Shown piece after piece: positions 1 to 12,071 of a DNA stretch of 64,000 bases. Every line of letters starts with the position of its first letter. The stretch's first letter is position 1. A model generated the notes under the pieces. That model ran no database searches and was not told the origin of the DNA. It saw only the letters and a program-made list of their open reading frames with translations. Made by a program: the position numbers and the translations under genes. This DNA comes from Prorocentrum cordatum (taxonomy: Eukaryota), in the NCBI GenBank assembly GCA_963575745.1, contig CAUYUJ010000002.1, positions 1,116,001-1,180,000 on the forward strand, given 5' to 3'.

Positions 1-452
1 AGGGCGACCCAATCTCGTAGAAGTACGCGACCCTATTCGTGGCTGTGTTATTCGTTGAGCTGGTTGTGTTGGTCGTGTTGGTCGCACGGGAAATCGTATT
101 GGTCCAAACGGGTACCCCTACGCCTCTGGGGATGGAGGTTCTGAAGATGGCGTCGGCGTCCCCAATCTCCCGCCACTGGGTGCCTGACCGTACGGCTTCA
201 CCTCACTGCACTCCGCCGCCGCACGACCATCATCATTGGCGCACTTGGTGTCATATTTGCCAGACCACACCCACGTTTCGCAAGTATCGCGACGCCGTTT
301 TCGGGCGAGACGGCGTGCATATATAACACCACATCATTATGCTTCGTAGGCTCGTTCGTGCGCTGTAGATGTAGGACCGCCCTGACGTTGGGCACCCCCC
401 CGATGCCATGGCAGCGCCCTTGCTCCCCCTGCTCCTCCTGCTCCTCCTGCTT

Positions 453-514
<62 letters not shown>

Positions 515-788
515 CCTCCTCCTACTCCTCCTCCTGATCGCGTCCGTCTCCTCCTCCTCCTCCTCCAACTTCCTCCTCCTCCTCCTCCTCATCCTCGTCT
601 TGGTCGTGGTCGTGGACCCGGTCGTGGTCGTGGTCGTGGTCGTGGTCGTCGCCCCCTCCCTGGCAGAGAGAATTCGGAGAGGGCGGAGCAGGCCCGCAGG
701 CCCAGCATGTGCACCTGCGCGACGGCGGGCAGCGGCTCCCCGGCGAACCTCGGCGGGCGTCGCTCGCCGCCGTCGGCAGCGTCGACGT

Positions 789-902
789 CGGCGTCGGCGG
801 CGTCGGCGGCGGCGTCGACGTCGGCGTCGCTGTTGCTGCCGCTGCTGCCTGCTGCCTGCTGCCTGCTGCCTGCTGCCTGCTGCCTGCTGCTGCTGCCTGC
901 TG

Positions 903-943
<41 letters not shown>
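789..943 (+). repeat. left copy of ~155-bp direct repeat (probable target-site duplication), second copy 1999-2153
   Basis: GCGTCGGCGG...TGTTGCTGCC(GCTGCCT)n(GCT)n block repeated at an offset of 1210 bp with one visible mismatch (903 vs 2113). Confidence 0.85.
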
Positions 944-946
<3 letters not shown>

Positions 947-1998
947 GACACGTCTGCGCGGACAAGCTTCGATGTGACCACCTGTACAAGAGAGGTGCAC
1001 CAGCGATCCACTATTGGGACGCTGGTGCGGTAGCGGAGGAGACGAGCACCGCAGTGGCTCGCCCCAAGAGGACTGCAATCCGCTGCCACCAATCGCGGAG
1101 CGGCGACCGTGCACAACCCGTGCCACGGAGATGGCTCTGGTGCCGGGTGAGGCTTGCCAGCTGTTGCAGCAGACGCGTCAGCTGCGGCCCGTGGCGGCCG
1201 CCGAATTCAAGTGCAAGGCCTTGCACGCTGGTGCCGCCTCGAGCTGCATATTTTGTTACTTTCGCAGCCTCGGCAGCGGTCGCGCCAGCACCGGCGGTCG
1301 CCGAATGGCCGCGGCGGTTGTGTGTGCTGACGACTGTGAAGTCCCCGTGGAAAATTGGGAGCGAGCAGTGGCCCCAGAGCTGCACGTCCACGCGCGGCTC
1401 ACGCATGGTTGCCGTGGCCAGCTCTGGAAGCACGACCTCGCGTGTGGCTGCAAGGCCGGCTGTGCGAGCGCACGCCGCGAGCTCGTCGCAGACTCCATCA
1501 TGCAGACGGTTGTGGGCTCCACCGATCATGCAAGATATCGCGTGATCTCCAAGCTCGTCGAGTGCGTGGCCACAGACCCTTCCAGCACGCGTGCGGTGCT
1601 GACAAAAACACGCAACGCCGAAAAGCGGGAGCCGGAGACGCCGGCGGAAATTGATGCGGAACTCATCGTCCGACCAAGGGGCCAAATCCCCAGTGGCGTT
1701 GGCTGTGAAACCAAGCCCGCCTTCCGGGCCGCCTCCGGACAGCCAGTGTTTCCGCTGCTCAGGCGTCCCTGCAGAAAGTACGGCATCGGCCGCTCGGAGC
1801 ATCCACAATTTACGACGGTGCCGCAGCGCTGCGCCTGCAGCTACCGCGTGCTCGAGCGAAAATGTGTGGGCACCTGTTTGCGCATCAGGCTCCGGCTGCG
1901 GCATCCCCCACGCGTCGAGGAATACGCCGCTCGCCGCCAACCGGCCAAGGCAATCTCTGGCAGCAGCGAGCATGCCGGAGCGCTCGTACCCTACGCGG
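944..1998 (-). mobile_element. 5'-truncated CRE/SLACS-like non-LTR retrotransposon (C-terminal zinc knuckle plus restriction-like endonuclease)
   Basis: ORF 1011-2456(-) contains FRINFRRRLRLP, C-x-C...CG-x3-D-x2-GDHAISC, HNRLHD, PRVDV...GDFTV, K-x2-KY, LEFGGRHG and QRIAVLL, as in REL-type non-LTR elements. No RT domain is present. The fragment is bounded by a long direct repeat. Confidence 0.85.
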
Positions 1999-2105
1999 CG
2001 GCGTCGGCGGCGTCGGCGGCGGCGTCGACGTCGGCGTCGCTGTTGCTGCCGCTGCTGCCTGCTGCCTGCTGCCTGCTGCCTGCTGCCTGCTGCCTGCTGC
2101 TGCTG

Positions 2106-2153
<48 letters not shown>
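1999..2153 (+). repeat. right copy of ~155-bp direct repeat flanking the CRE-like fragment
   Basis: Near-identical to 789-943. Confidence 0.85.
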
Positions 2154-2165
<12 letters not shown>

Positions 2166-4313
2166 ACCTGCGCGCGAGGAAGTGTCAGCGCTTGGACACT
2201 GCCCACCCCCGCGGGAAAGCGCCACATTTGCGTGGCGGGCGTGCAAAGTCAGCAAGAACCTCGCAAGGCGTGTCGAAGGCGAGGGAAGGGGGGTGCGGGG
2301 GCGCAGCCGGGCGGGGGGAACTCGAGCCCCAGCTCCTGGCCCTCGGCGGAGAGCTCCAGTACGGCCATCTCCAGGACCTCGCTCGCTGGGCTGGGGTAGC
2401 GGGAAGCCCTCCTCCTCCTCCTCCTCCTCCTCCTCCTCCTCCTCGCCCCCCCCCATGCTTGGATAGCAGGGGCCCCGTCAACGACTCGGGGTTAGCCGGG
2501 GCACCCCCCGATGGTGGAACCAGCGGGGCGGTCGGCGCCTGCTGAAGGTCGGGAAATGTAACCAGTAGCGGCCACTGGGTAGAGGCCGTGGGCGACCGAC
2601 CCAAGGACCGGCAGAAGCGGGGCCCTCTTTCAGGGCTAGGGGTGCGTCCCCCCCGGGGCAGAGGGGTAGGCCGCAGGGGTAATGTGCCCCTCCCCTACTC
2701 CTTCCTCCTGGCTCCTCTTCTCCTCCCCCTCTCCCCTCTCCTCTCCTCCCCCCAAGGTTCATAGCCCCACTGCGGCCCACTCCCCCGCCGGGGCTAGGAC
2801 CGGAGGCCCCCGCGACGGCGGCCAGTGCTCTGGAGAGCGCGGAGCGCCAACGCCGCCGATGCGGGGGGAGCGCGGAGCGCAGTGGATGATGTTTCGGCTG
2901 CGCGCCGTTTTGCAGGAGGCCCCCCCAAGACCTCAGGCGAGGGGGGTCTCGATTTTCGTCGGCTCCGCACTCGTGCTTATTGCGGAGCAGATCAGGCAGG
3001 CAACACCCCGAGGCAACATTCTCCTCCTCCTCCTCCTCCTCCTCCTCCTCCTCCTCCTCCTCCTCCTCCTCCTCCTCCTCCTCCTCCTCCTCTCCTAATG
3101 CTCGTCCGTAGCCACCCCGACTTCGTCGAGCGAAGAACGCAGCGGCAGTCGTTTCCTCCTCGTGCTCATCTTCCTACTCCATCCTCACGCTCCTCCTCCT
3201 CTATACAGAAACTCCTACCTGCTGCTCCTCCTCCGGGAGCTCCTGCTCCTGTCAGCTGCTGCTGCTGCTGCTCCTTCTCCTCCTCCTCCTCCTACATCCC
3301 TCTCCTGGTCGTGCGCGAGGGGGGGAAGGGAGATGGCGCTCCAGTCGCGCACACTCGTGGCAGCACTGGTCTCGACAGGGACAGCCCGTGGCGGCCACCA
3401 GTTGTCCCTGGTATCCTCTCCCCTTCCTCACTCTGGTCCTTCCCCCTCCTTTTCCTCCCTCCTCCTCCTCCTCCTCCTCCTCCTCCTCCTCCTCCTCCTC
3501 CTCCTCCTCCTCCTCCTTTTCTTCCTCCAACTTCCTCCAATATCATCCCTCCATCCTCCTCCTTCCTCCTCCTCCTCCTCCTCCTCCTCCCTCTCCTCTT
3601 TCCCATCCTCCTCTTACCCCTTCCTCCTCCTCCTCCTCCTCCTCCTCCTCCTTCTCCTCTTTCCCATCCTCCAGTTACCCCTTCCTTTTCCTCCTCCTTC
3701 TCCTCCATGCTCCACTTTCTCTATCCCCCCTTCATCCATCCCTTCTCCTCTGCACATACCCTGCCCCCCTTCTGTGGAAAATCATGGGAGCTTCCCATGT
3801 CATCCTGCTGGCTCTTGCGAATCGACGCCTATCAACGCCCATCGGCACTGAATCGGCGCATGCCCATCTATTACCAGACGATGGCGCATGCTCAGACGCT
3901 TTTAAGACAGGATTTCAAGGAAAAACAAGCCGCCCATGAATTGATGCCGACCTCCCCCCCCCCCCCCCCGACATCACGAGCGACGAACATATCCGTATCC
4001 GCGCCCTCGCGGTCTGGATGCTGGGGCGCGATCCTTTGGACACGCGGTCGCACAGATAAAATCCGCGCGGCGCATCAGCGGGGGGAAAAAAAACGCACTG
4101 TATGCGCAGAGTCGCGGCACAGGAGCCCGCGAACCGTCAACAACTGATGAACCACGTTCGTGGTGGACGAGGATGAGGAGGGAGAGGAGAAGGATGCCGA
4201 TAACGACGACAACGACTACGACGACGCTTCAGTGTGGGATGAGGAGGAGAGACGCGTTCCCTGAGGCGCGCCGAGTCCGTCCGCCAGCCAGGCGACTGCC
4301 CAGCCACCCTCCA

Positions 4314-7300
4314 TCAGTGTGTCAGAGCCCTCACTCCAGCACACCTCGTCGCTGACAGGCGCAGGCGTCCCTTCAGGAATTTCACTCCCCGAGGGTGAGA
4401 CAATAAATCACGAGCACGCAAATCATTGAAACTAGTGAGCACTAAGTCAGCAGCGACAGCAGTGGCATGAAACTCGCCAGTGCAAAAATACTCTCTAGTG
4501 TACATAGCAAAGCACGCCCTAGGGTCACACTTGCCCCACCAGTCAGGAAGAGTGGGAAGACAACGCTTCACTACTGGAACTACATAAGGGCAAGAAAAGT
4601 AATGTAATATATCATCAGCGCCACTACGACCGAAACGACATCCTTTACACGCTTGGCGATAACGAAGAGAAGAATGCATAGCATTGCACATGCATATGAT
4701 GATACTCAGACCACTCAAGCAGGGATATGTGTGACCCAGCTTGCACAAACGTAGAATAGCCAGGGATATCTGGTCGGGCGTGATGTGCACGTTCCAATAC
4801 CTGAGACGGGCACCTATCTTCTCCTGCAGGGGTTCAAACGGGGACAATTCAAGGACGACTTTTTTTTGAGCTCTCTCTGGATTTTCGGACACCCGAGAAC
4901 ACCATCATCCCAAGGGCGATTCTGGATATTCCGAGGAAGACTCCATACATAGTTCTATACATCAATCATCTGTTTCAGGGGGGAGTGTTGATAAAACTTG
5001 TTGGGCCTCCATCCCAAGATTAGGTCATCCCCCTCCCATGCCTCCTCCAACTCCACTTTACATCCCGAGAAGATCGGAGACCTTGCGGCATTCCTGTAGA
5101 GTGCAGCTCGCACTTCGTGCCACAAGGAGCGAGCGCTCCAGCTGTTGCTGAAGATATTCTTAAACTGGAACAAGACCGCATTCGGAATAGCATATCTCGG
5201 GCATGCTGTCAAGATCTGGAGGCCGCCCCTCTCGGCGCCAGTGGCTTCTTTTGGGGGGGCAAAGAAAGAGGCGATGAACAGGAGGGCGGAGATGGCGATG
5301 GAATTGCATGACATAATAGCTTGATGGAGGCCTCCAGCGAGGGAGTGGATGAAACGGCAGCGCTCGAGATAATTGGCGATCGGACTAGACCAGGAGCGTG
5401 CGACACTTCTGTGGCCCGGGTGGATGCCGAAATACTTGCCCCAATTCTGAATTGTAAACTTACGAGCGCGAATACCCTGGTCCTGGAATCTCCTCAACTC
5501 CTCCTCCCGGTCGACCTCCTGCCTGTAGAAGACAATGACGCATTTGGCAAGGTTCATCACTAGGCCTGCGCCAGGATACGCATCAGCACTGGCAGGGCTG
5601 TGTGCAAGTCCTGCGAGAAGAAGGCCATGTCGTCGGCGAGCGCGCTCAGCGAGCGCTGAGGGCTCGGCAGTCTGCTCTGAATCTGGCGCAGCACTGGATC
5701 GAGATAAAAGACGCATATACTTCCTGACATCGGGCGCCCCTGACGAACCCCACGGCCGATCTCGAACCCAGGAAACCGACGGCCCCCCAGGAGCATGCCC
5801 ACGGAGATTTTGCCGTGCAGAGCTCTGACGGAATTCAAGAAAAAGTCTGGAACACCCATGGTAGTCAACGCGGACTCGATCCAGAAATGCAATGAACTCG
5901 GGAAAGCCGCCTTCGCATCCAGGAGGGCGGAGCATGCGCTCTTGATGCGCTGCAAGATGCCATATCGCAACATGTTGCACTCGAGCATCAAAATGTTGTC
6001 AGACATCTGACGGGTGCGGACGAAGCCGTTCTGGGCCTCGCTGGCGCCTAATTCGCACTGGTCGGCGAGGGCTCCGTTCAAGCCCGAGCCTAAGATCTTC
6101 GCATCCGTGTTACTCAATGTTATCGGACGTACATTATCGGGGGCACGCCAGAAGCTATTCACATCTTCTTGGTGGGAGCCTTTGGGGATAAATACCATCA
6201 AACCATTGTGGAAGTCCTCGGCGAGAGGGGCGCCTGTCTGGAAGTGACAGTAGAGATCATATAGAGCATGAATAACAAATTCACCTCCGTATTTCCAAGC
6301 AGAGTAGCAGAGCCCGTCTGGGCCAGGAGCACAATCCCGAAAGCGGCTGATCATGTGGTGGGAACGTTCCCGTGATTGCTGCCATTCGACTGCAGGGTGG
6401 ACGGGCTGGATAAACGGGTCAAGCTCGGCGGCGACCTCGCGAGATGCTCCATCAGCACTATGTACTTCGGCCCAGCGGTGGCGAAGCGCATCCGCGCCTA
6501 CTTCAAGCGAAGGGAAATGTGACCCGTCAGGCGCACGAATTCCAGCGAGAGCCATCTTGCGGTTCCGAGGGGCCCAGGGTTGTACTAATCTTTGAATCTT
6601 GGCCATCCGCGCATCTCGAAAACGTTCGGGGGCGAATTCCTGCATCAACTCCTTCCTCTCTTCCTCAAGACCTCCTCTAGCCACCTCTCCCATGAGTTGA
6701 TGAAATCCATGCCTATCGATCCACATGCAGGTGTCCCTATCTATGAACGGGGCGAGCTTCGGCCAAATCTTAAAGGCAGGCTTGATCACGTGCTCGCGCC
6801 TGCTGTGCATGGCGCGATAGATGGTAAATAGCCATGGCAGATGCTGAGCGGCAGTCTCAAGAAAAAAAGGTTTGGTCTGCTGACGAATACGCGTAGCTCC
6901 AAGATGCGTACACTCTTTCATTTCTTTAACTCTGGTAGAGGGGTCCTCCGAGAAACCGACATCATCGATCACATGTTGTAGAGCGGCAGGATGCCAACGA
7001 TGCTTAGGGATCCAAGAAGGAACATAAGGATCTGAAGAGGGTCCAGAGAGCCCCAGAGAGGAATACGGAGCAGTATTCACTGGGGGGCCGAAGATCACAT
7101 ACATCCCAGACTGTGCCTGTTTGTGGATGATAGTCACACACGTCGGCTGTGTATGAGTTTGTGAAGATTCTGTCGATACGGGTTCACGCTTTGACGGTCC
7201 GTATGCCATTGTTCTCGGTAGTGATCCCGTGGGGGGGGGGGGGGGGGGAGCTGCTCTACCTCTAGCATGTCGGGGAACTAAACTTCAAAGAAGCGCGCGA

Positions 7301-8060
7301 GGCCGTCGATGCCCACCTGGTGGATCTCGCCACTCACATGCTGAATGCCCTCGCCTGGGGCCGAGAAGTTGAAATCGCCCAACAGAAACGTCTGGGCCTG
7401 CGCTGGTGGAGGCGTCGCCTGACGGATCCTCAGAAGTAGCTGACGCTTCCCAGTTCTGCTCAACTTGGGATCTATGTGGATATTGATGAAGCAAACCTCG
7501 CCAGACTCTGCCTGGGCGGGAATTCCATGGCAGCGACCAGGGGCGACCTCGAAGGGTCAAATGTCCCGAAGTTTGGCCGGGATGGCAGGGTGGATGGCCA
7601 GGGGCATTCCCGCCCGAATGTGCGAGCGAGGGTCGAGCGAGCCGTAGTTCCCATGATGAGGTAATTCATTTTCGATGGCGACGAGGTCCCCTTCGCGCCC
7701 GTGGGTTTCTTGGACCCCGACAATGCTGGGATGTGCACGAAGCGAGTGGAGACGAGAGTGTTCCCCAGCAATAATTTCATCATGTCCGCGAGTAGACCCA
7801 AATAGCCCTTGCGAATTCCAAGCAGTAACTTTGAGGCCCGAGGAACCATAGAGCCCAGAGAGGGGAGGGGGACTGGCGGGAGACCCGCTACAACAACTAT
7901 CTTCAGAATCAGAGGAGGAAGAGGAGGAGGGCGCAGAGGAAGAGGGAGTACAGCTGTGCTGCTGACTCAAACTCAGATCAAGTCCCGACTGGGCCACAAA
8001 AGGCCCGATCCCCAAGGCGGGAAGATCATTGTACATTGCTACAAAGCTAGACGGTGGCAA
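4314..8060 (-). pseudogene. LINE ORF2 (APE endonuclease, reverse transcriptase, C-terminal Cys/His domain), frameshifted
   Basis: Domains are spread over ORFs 7557-8060, 7278-7463, 5560-7209, 4955-5980 and 4314-4892. Confidence 0.88.
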
Positions 8061-8069
8061 GGCTGGCTC

Positions 8070-9136
8070 CTAGATGAAGCCGTCGCTGGAGGTGCCCGTC
8101 GCGACCTGGATGAGCTTGTTGGCATCGTCGATGCTGATCCCCCACTCCTGGAGGTTGTCGATGTGCGGCTGGATGATGTACTGGTTGTCGCTCTCCTCGA
8201 TCGTCTGGAAGAGCACCCAGTGGTCGTCCATGCTGGTGTCGATTATGCAGAACTCGCCGCGAGCTCCGTTGACCCCGAGCTTGTTGGAGTCGATCGTCCA
8301 CTTTCCTATGATCTGGAGCTTGCTGAGGACGTGGGGCCATAGACGAGACAGCGTGCGCTGCCGAAGCCGTGCTTGAAGTGGCATATCTGGCCGAACGCGG
8401 AGAGGTGCCATTCTTTTGTGCGAGGATCGAACCACCCAGGTAGGTGTTCACTGGCCCAGGCGCGCAGGTTCTTTGCGTGCTGGTCATTCTCGCAGTGGAT
8501 GCTGTACGACATAAATACTTTGTGAAGCTTTGCGGATAGCTCCGTGCCAAGGGTCGGCTCGGTCTCCGCGATCTTCTGCTTGACTGCTTCGAAATGGTTG
8601 CGACGATGACTCTCTAGAATAGCACGTGGGAAGCCCCCAACCCATATTCGACAAGGGTCGATCTCATCATGACCCGCATTGGGCGGAGGGGGGCCTGCCT
8701 CTGTGCGCCTCATCCTAACTCTTGAGGCTGATGAGGGCGCTGTAGAAATAGTGGGTGCTGGACGAGACAGGGAGTTGAGCTGCTTCTGATGCGACGCGAC
8801 CTTCCCATCTATCATGGCTTGAATCCTGCTGAACTTCTCGGGGTCCTCCATCTGCTCGTCGGGAGATTCATGTTGTGTGCGCTTCTCCTCAATGCACTGC
8901 TCAAAACCATGGAATCGAGCCTCCCATGAAGTGCTTATACCCGTGATCATGGACTGCATGTCCTCGTAGGTCTTGGTCTGTGCCTCGCTCAAAACCCCGA
9001 TCGATGTCTCCATTGCTGCAGCACGATTCTGGTAGGAGTCGATCGCGGCGCGCATGGTGGGCAGCTCGGATGACAACTGCGCTGACTGGTTGTGTACGAC
9101 TGCCGTGAGCGCCTGAAGCGCAGCAGCGTCCGCCAT
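8070..9136 (-). pseudogene. LINE ORF1 (coiled-coil-like N-terminus plus RRM-like RIWVGGFP segment), frameshifted near 8400
   Basis: ATG at 9136 (MADAAALQALT). Lies immediately upstream of the APE domain and continues in ORF 8070-8435. Confidence 0.7.
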
Positions 9137-9271
9137 GGCGAGAAAGGCGGCGAAATTCTTCTGATTCAGAAGGCAAAATGCTCGCGAGAATCCTTCCTCC
9201 ACCCTGGGCAGGGCCACTGAACGGAGGGAACCCAATGTGGTCAACCTGGGCCAACCTCGAGAGATGTATTA

Positions 9272-9290
9272 CTTGAGCCAAAATGGCTAC
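9272..9290 (-). other. dinoflagellate spliced-leader (DinoSL) relic at the LINE 5' end
   Basis: Reverse complement reads GTAGCCATTTTGGCTCAAG, the last 19 nt of DCCGTAGCCATTTTGGCTCAAG. Confidence 0.92.
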
Positions 9291-9621
9291 AAATGTATGG
9301 GAGGAGGAGGAGGAGGAGGAGGAGGAGGAGGAGGAGGAGGAGGAGGAGGAGGAGGAGGAGGAAGAAAAAAAAAGGAAACGCAGGCCAGGCCCGCGGGGCC
9401 GCGGATGCGGCTGTGTTTCCCGCCCACAGCGACCCCCTCCGCACCGACGCGGGGAGAGGGCCCCGCCAGGGCCTCGGCCACCCGCGCCACGGCCGAGACC
9501 GTGAGCTCGCAGCGCTTCTCCGGCAGCCGCCCCCGCGCTGGCATCACGCACCTCCCCGGGGCGGGTCGGGAACGTCCTAGAGGGGGGCGCCCACGAGGAG
9601 GGTTCGCAAATCATGGCCCGT

Positions 9622-9885
9622 CTCCCGCCTGATATTTCCCCCATATTCAGGACTCAGGAACCCAAAAATGACGAAGGTTACAAGATTTCGATGACCCGCT
9701 CGAATTCGTAACATGATCTGCGAACCCCTTAGGGAGGGGGCTCCCGCCTGGGACTTCCCCGCAGGTCACTCACAGACGAGGCTCCCGCCTGGTACCTCCT
9801 CAAGTGTGGGTGGCTTTGTGAGTGAGTGAGTGAGTGAGTGAATGATGATTATGATTATGATGATGACGATGACGATGACGATGAC

Positions 9886-9953
<68 letters not shown>

Positions 9954-10105
9954 GGATGAGGATGAGGAGGAGGAGGAGGAGGAGGAGGAGGAGGAGTGTG
10001 ATGATGAGTGAGAGACGGTGTGAGCGAGGAGCTGGGTGATGAGGAGGAGACAGAGGGGGTGAGGGGTGAGGGGAGAGATAGTGGGTGAGGGCGCGGGGTG
10101 TCCAA
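9622..10105 (+). repeat. single ~160-bp satellite unit followed by (GAGT)n/(GAT)n terminal module, paralogous to 58890-59320
   Basis: Unit CCCCATATTCAGGACTCAGG...CACAGACGAGGCTCCCGCCTG, then GTGAGTGAGT, (GAT)n, GCTGGGTGATGAGGAGGAGAC and GGCGCGGGGTGTCCA. The same order occurs at 59040-59320. Confidence 0.8.
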
Positions 10106-11069
10106 AGAAAATTACTCCGACGGTAAGACCCCACATAAGAATATGTTTTCCTTGCCTGGGGATCTTCCCGTGCCCCCTCGCTTCTCCCACCTACTCCTGC
10201 CTCCTCCTTTTCCTCTTTCCTCCTCCTCCTCCTGCCTCAACCCTGCCTCCTCCTCTTGCGTCGTCCACCACCACCACCTCCTCCGCCTCCTCCTCCTTTT
10301 CCTCCTCCTCGTTATGCCTCCTCCCCCCATCCCCCATGCTCCTCCTGCCTCCTGCGTCCTCCTCCTCCTCCTGCTGCATTCCTTCTCCCTCCTCCTCCTT
10401 CTCCTCCTTCTCCTCCTTCTCCTCCTCCTCCTCCTCCTCCTCCTCCACCTCCTCTCTCCATCTTCCTCTTCTCCCTCTCCCTCCTCCGTCTCCACCTCCT
10501 CCTCATCTCCATCTTCCCCCCCTCCTCCTCTGCCTCCCCCTCCTCCTGTTTCCATATTAGGTGTCCCGCCTCCTCCTGGGGACTCTTGGGGCCTCTTGGG
10601 GCCTCCTGTAGCCTTCTAGGCCTCCCGGGACATCCTGGGGCCTCCTAGGGCACTCCTCTTCCTCCATGTCCTCCTCGTCCTTTTCGCCCTCGGACTCTTG
10701 GGGCCTCTTGGGGCCTCCTGGAGCCTTCTACTAGGCCTCCCTGGACATCCTGGGGCCTCCTAGGGCACTCCTCTCCCTCCATGTCCTCCTCGTCCTTGTC
10801 GCCCTCTGTTTCCTCCTTTTCCTCCTCCTCCTCCTCCTGCTTTTCCTCCTCGTCTCCATCTTCCCCCCCTCCTCCTCTGCCTCCCCCTCCTCCTGCTTCC
10901 ATATTAAGTGTCCCGCCTCCTCCTGGGGACTCTTGGGGCCTCCTGTAGCCTTCTAAGCCTCCGGGGACATCCTGGGGCCTCTTAGGGCACTCCTCTTCCT
11001 CTAAGCGCCGGAGGACGACCCAAAATAAGCGCGCGCTGGAGGACGACCCGGAGGAAACACGAGAGGTAC

Positions 11070-12071
11070 GGGCCCCATAGGGACGGGGGTTCCCGCCTGA
11101 GCCTTCCTCACAGTTCACTCACAGTCGAGGCTCCCGCCTGATACCTCCCCCATATTCAAGCCTCAGGAGCGCAAAAATGACGACAGATACATGTTCGAGG
11201 ATGACCCGTTCGGATTGCCAACATGACCTGCGGGCCCCATAGGGAGGGGGCTTCCACCTAAGACTTCCTCACAGCTCACTCACAGACGAAGCTTCCGCGT
11301 GGTGCTTCCTACAGATTCAGGCCTCAGGAGCCCAAAAGTGACGACAATTACAAAATCGAGGATGACCCGCTCGGATTACCAACGTGACCTGCGGGCCCCA
11401 TAGGGAGGGGGCTCCCGCCTGAGACTTCCTCACAATTCACTCACAGACGAGGCTCCCGCCTGATACTTCCCCCATATTCAGGCCGCAGGGACGAACGTTA
11501 CAGGTTCGAGGATGATCCGCTCGGATTACCAACATGACCTGCGGGCCCCATAGGGAGGGTGCTCCCGCCTGAGACGTCCTCACGGTTCACTCACAGATGA
11601 GGTTCCCGCCCAATACGTCTCCCATATTCAAGCCTCAAGAGCTCAAAAGTGACGACACTTACAGGTTCGAGGATGACCCGCTCGGATTACCAACGTGACC
11701 TGCGGGCCCCATATGATATTTCCTTAGAGTTCACTCACAGACGAGGCTCCCGCCTGATACGTCCCCCATATTCAAGCCTCAGGAGCCCACAAATGACGAC
11801 AGTTACAGGTTCGAGGATGACCCGCTCGTATTACTAACGTGAAAACGCATGCCCCATAGGGAGGGGGCTCCGGCCTGAGACTTCCTCGCAGTTCACCCAC
11901 CGACGAGGCTCCCGCCTTATATTTCCACCATTTTCAAGCCTCAGGAGCCCAAACATGACGACAATTACAGGATCTGGATGACCCCTTTCGATTAATAACA
12001 TGATCTGCGGACCCCATAGGGAGGGGGCTTCCGCGTGAGAGTTCCTCGCAATTAACTCGCAGACGAGGCTC
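11070..12071 (+). repeat. ~160-bp tandem repeat array, left half (about 6 units)
   Basis: CACAGACGAGGCTCCCGCC-type anchor recurs at ~11121, 11282, 11443, 11593, 11737, 11898 and 12059. Confidence 0.92.

Larger units (their letters stand above)
4255..9295 (-). mobile_element. near full-length but degraded LINE (ORF1 plus APE-RT-zinc finger ORF2, L1/Tx1-like organisation)
   Basis: APE motifs TAWNSQGL, GVQETH and LGDFN (8060-7280). RT motifs APGPDGL, RPITLSNTDAKI, LLDAKAAFPS, GVRQG and ALADD (7209-5560), then KYFG and C-terminal C-x-FG...DDILHYFSC (~4600). Multiple frameshifts and stops. The 5' end carries a spliced-leader sequence. Confidence 0.9.

Noticed and set aside
1..400. Complex sequence with short ORFs on both strands
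   Set aside because: Possibly an exon fragment, but truncated by the window and with no recognisable motif.
408..3851. Long ORFs with poly-Leu, poly-Pro, poly-Glu or poly-Arg tracts (also throughout the window)
   Set aside because: Translations of (CCT)n, (GCT)n and (GA)n microsatellites that lack stop codons. No evidence of real coding.
11070..12060. tRNA/5S/snRNA gene array interpretation of the 160-bp repeats
   Set aside because: No recognisable cloverleaf, box A/B or known RNA sequence. Units are variably degenerate.
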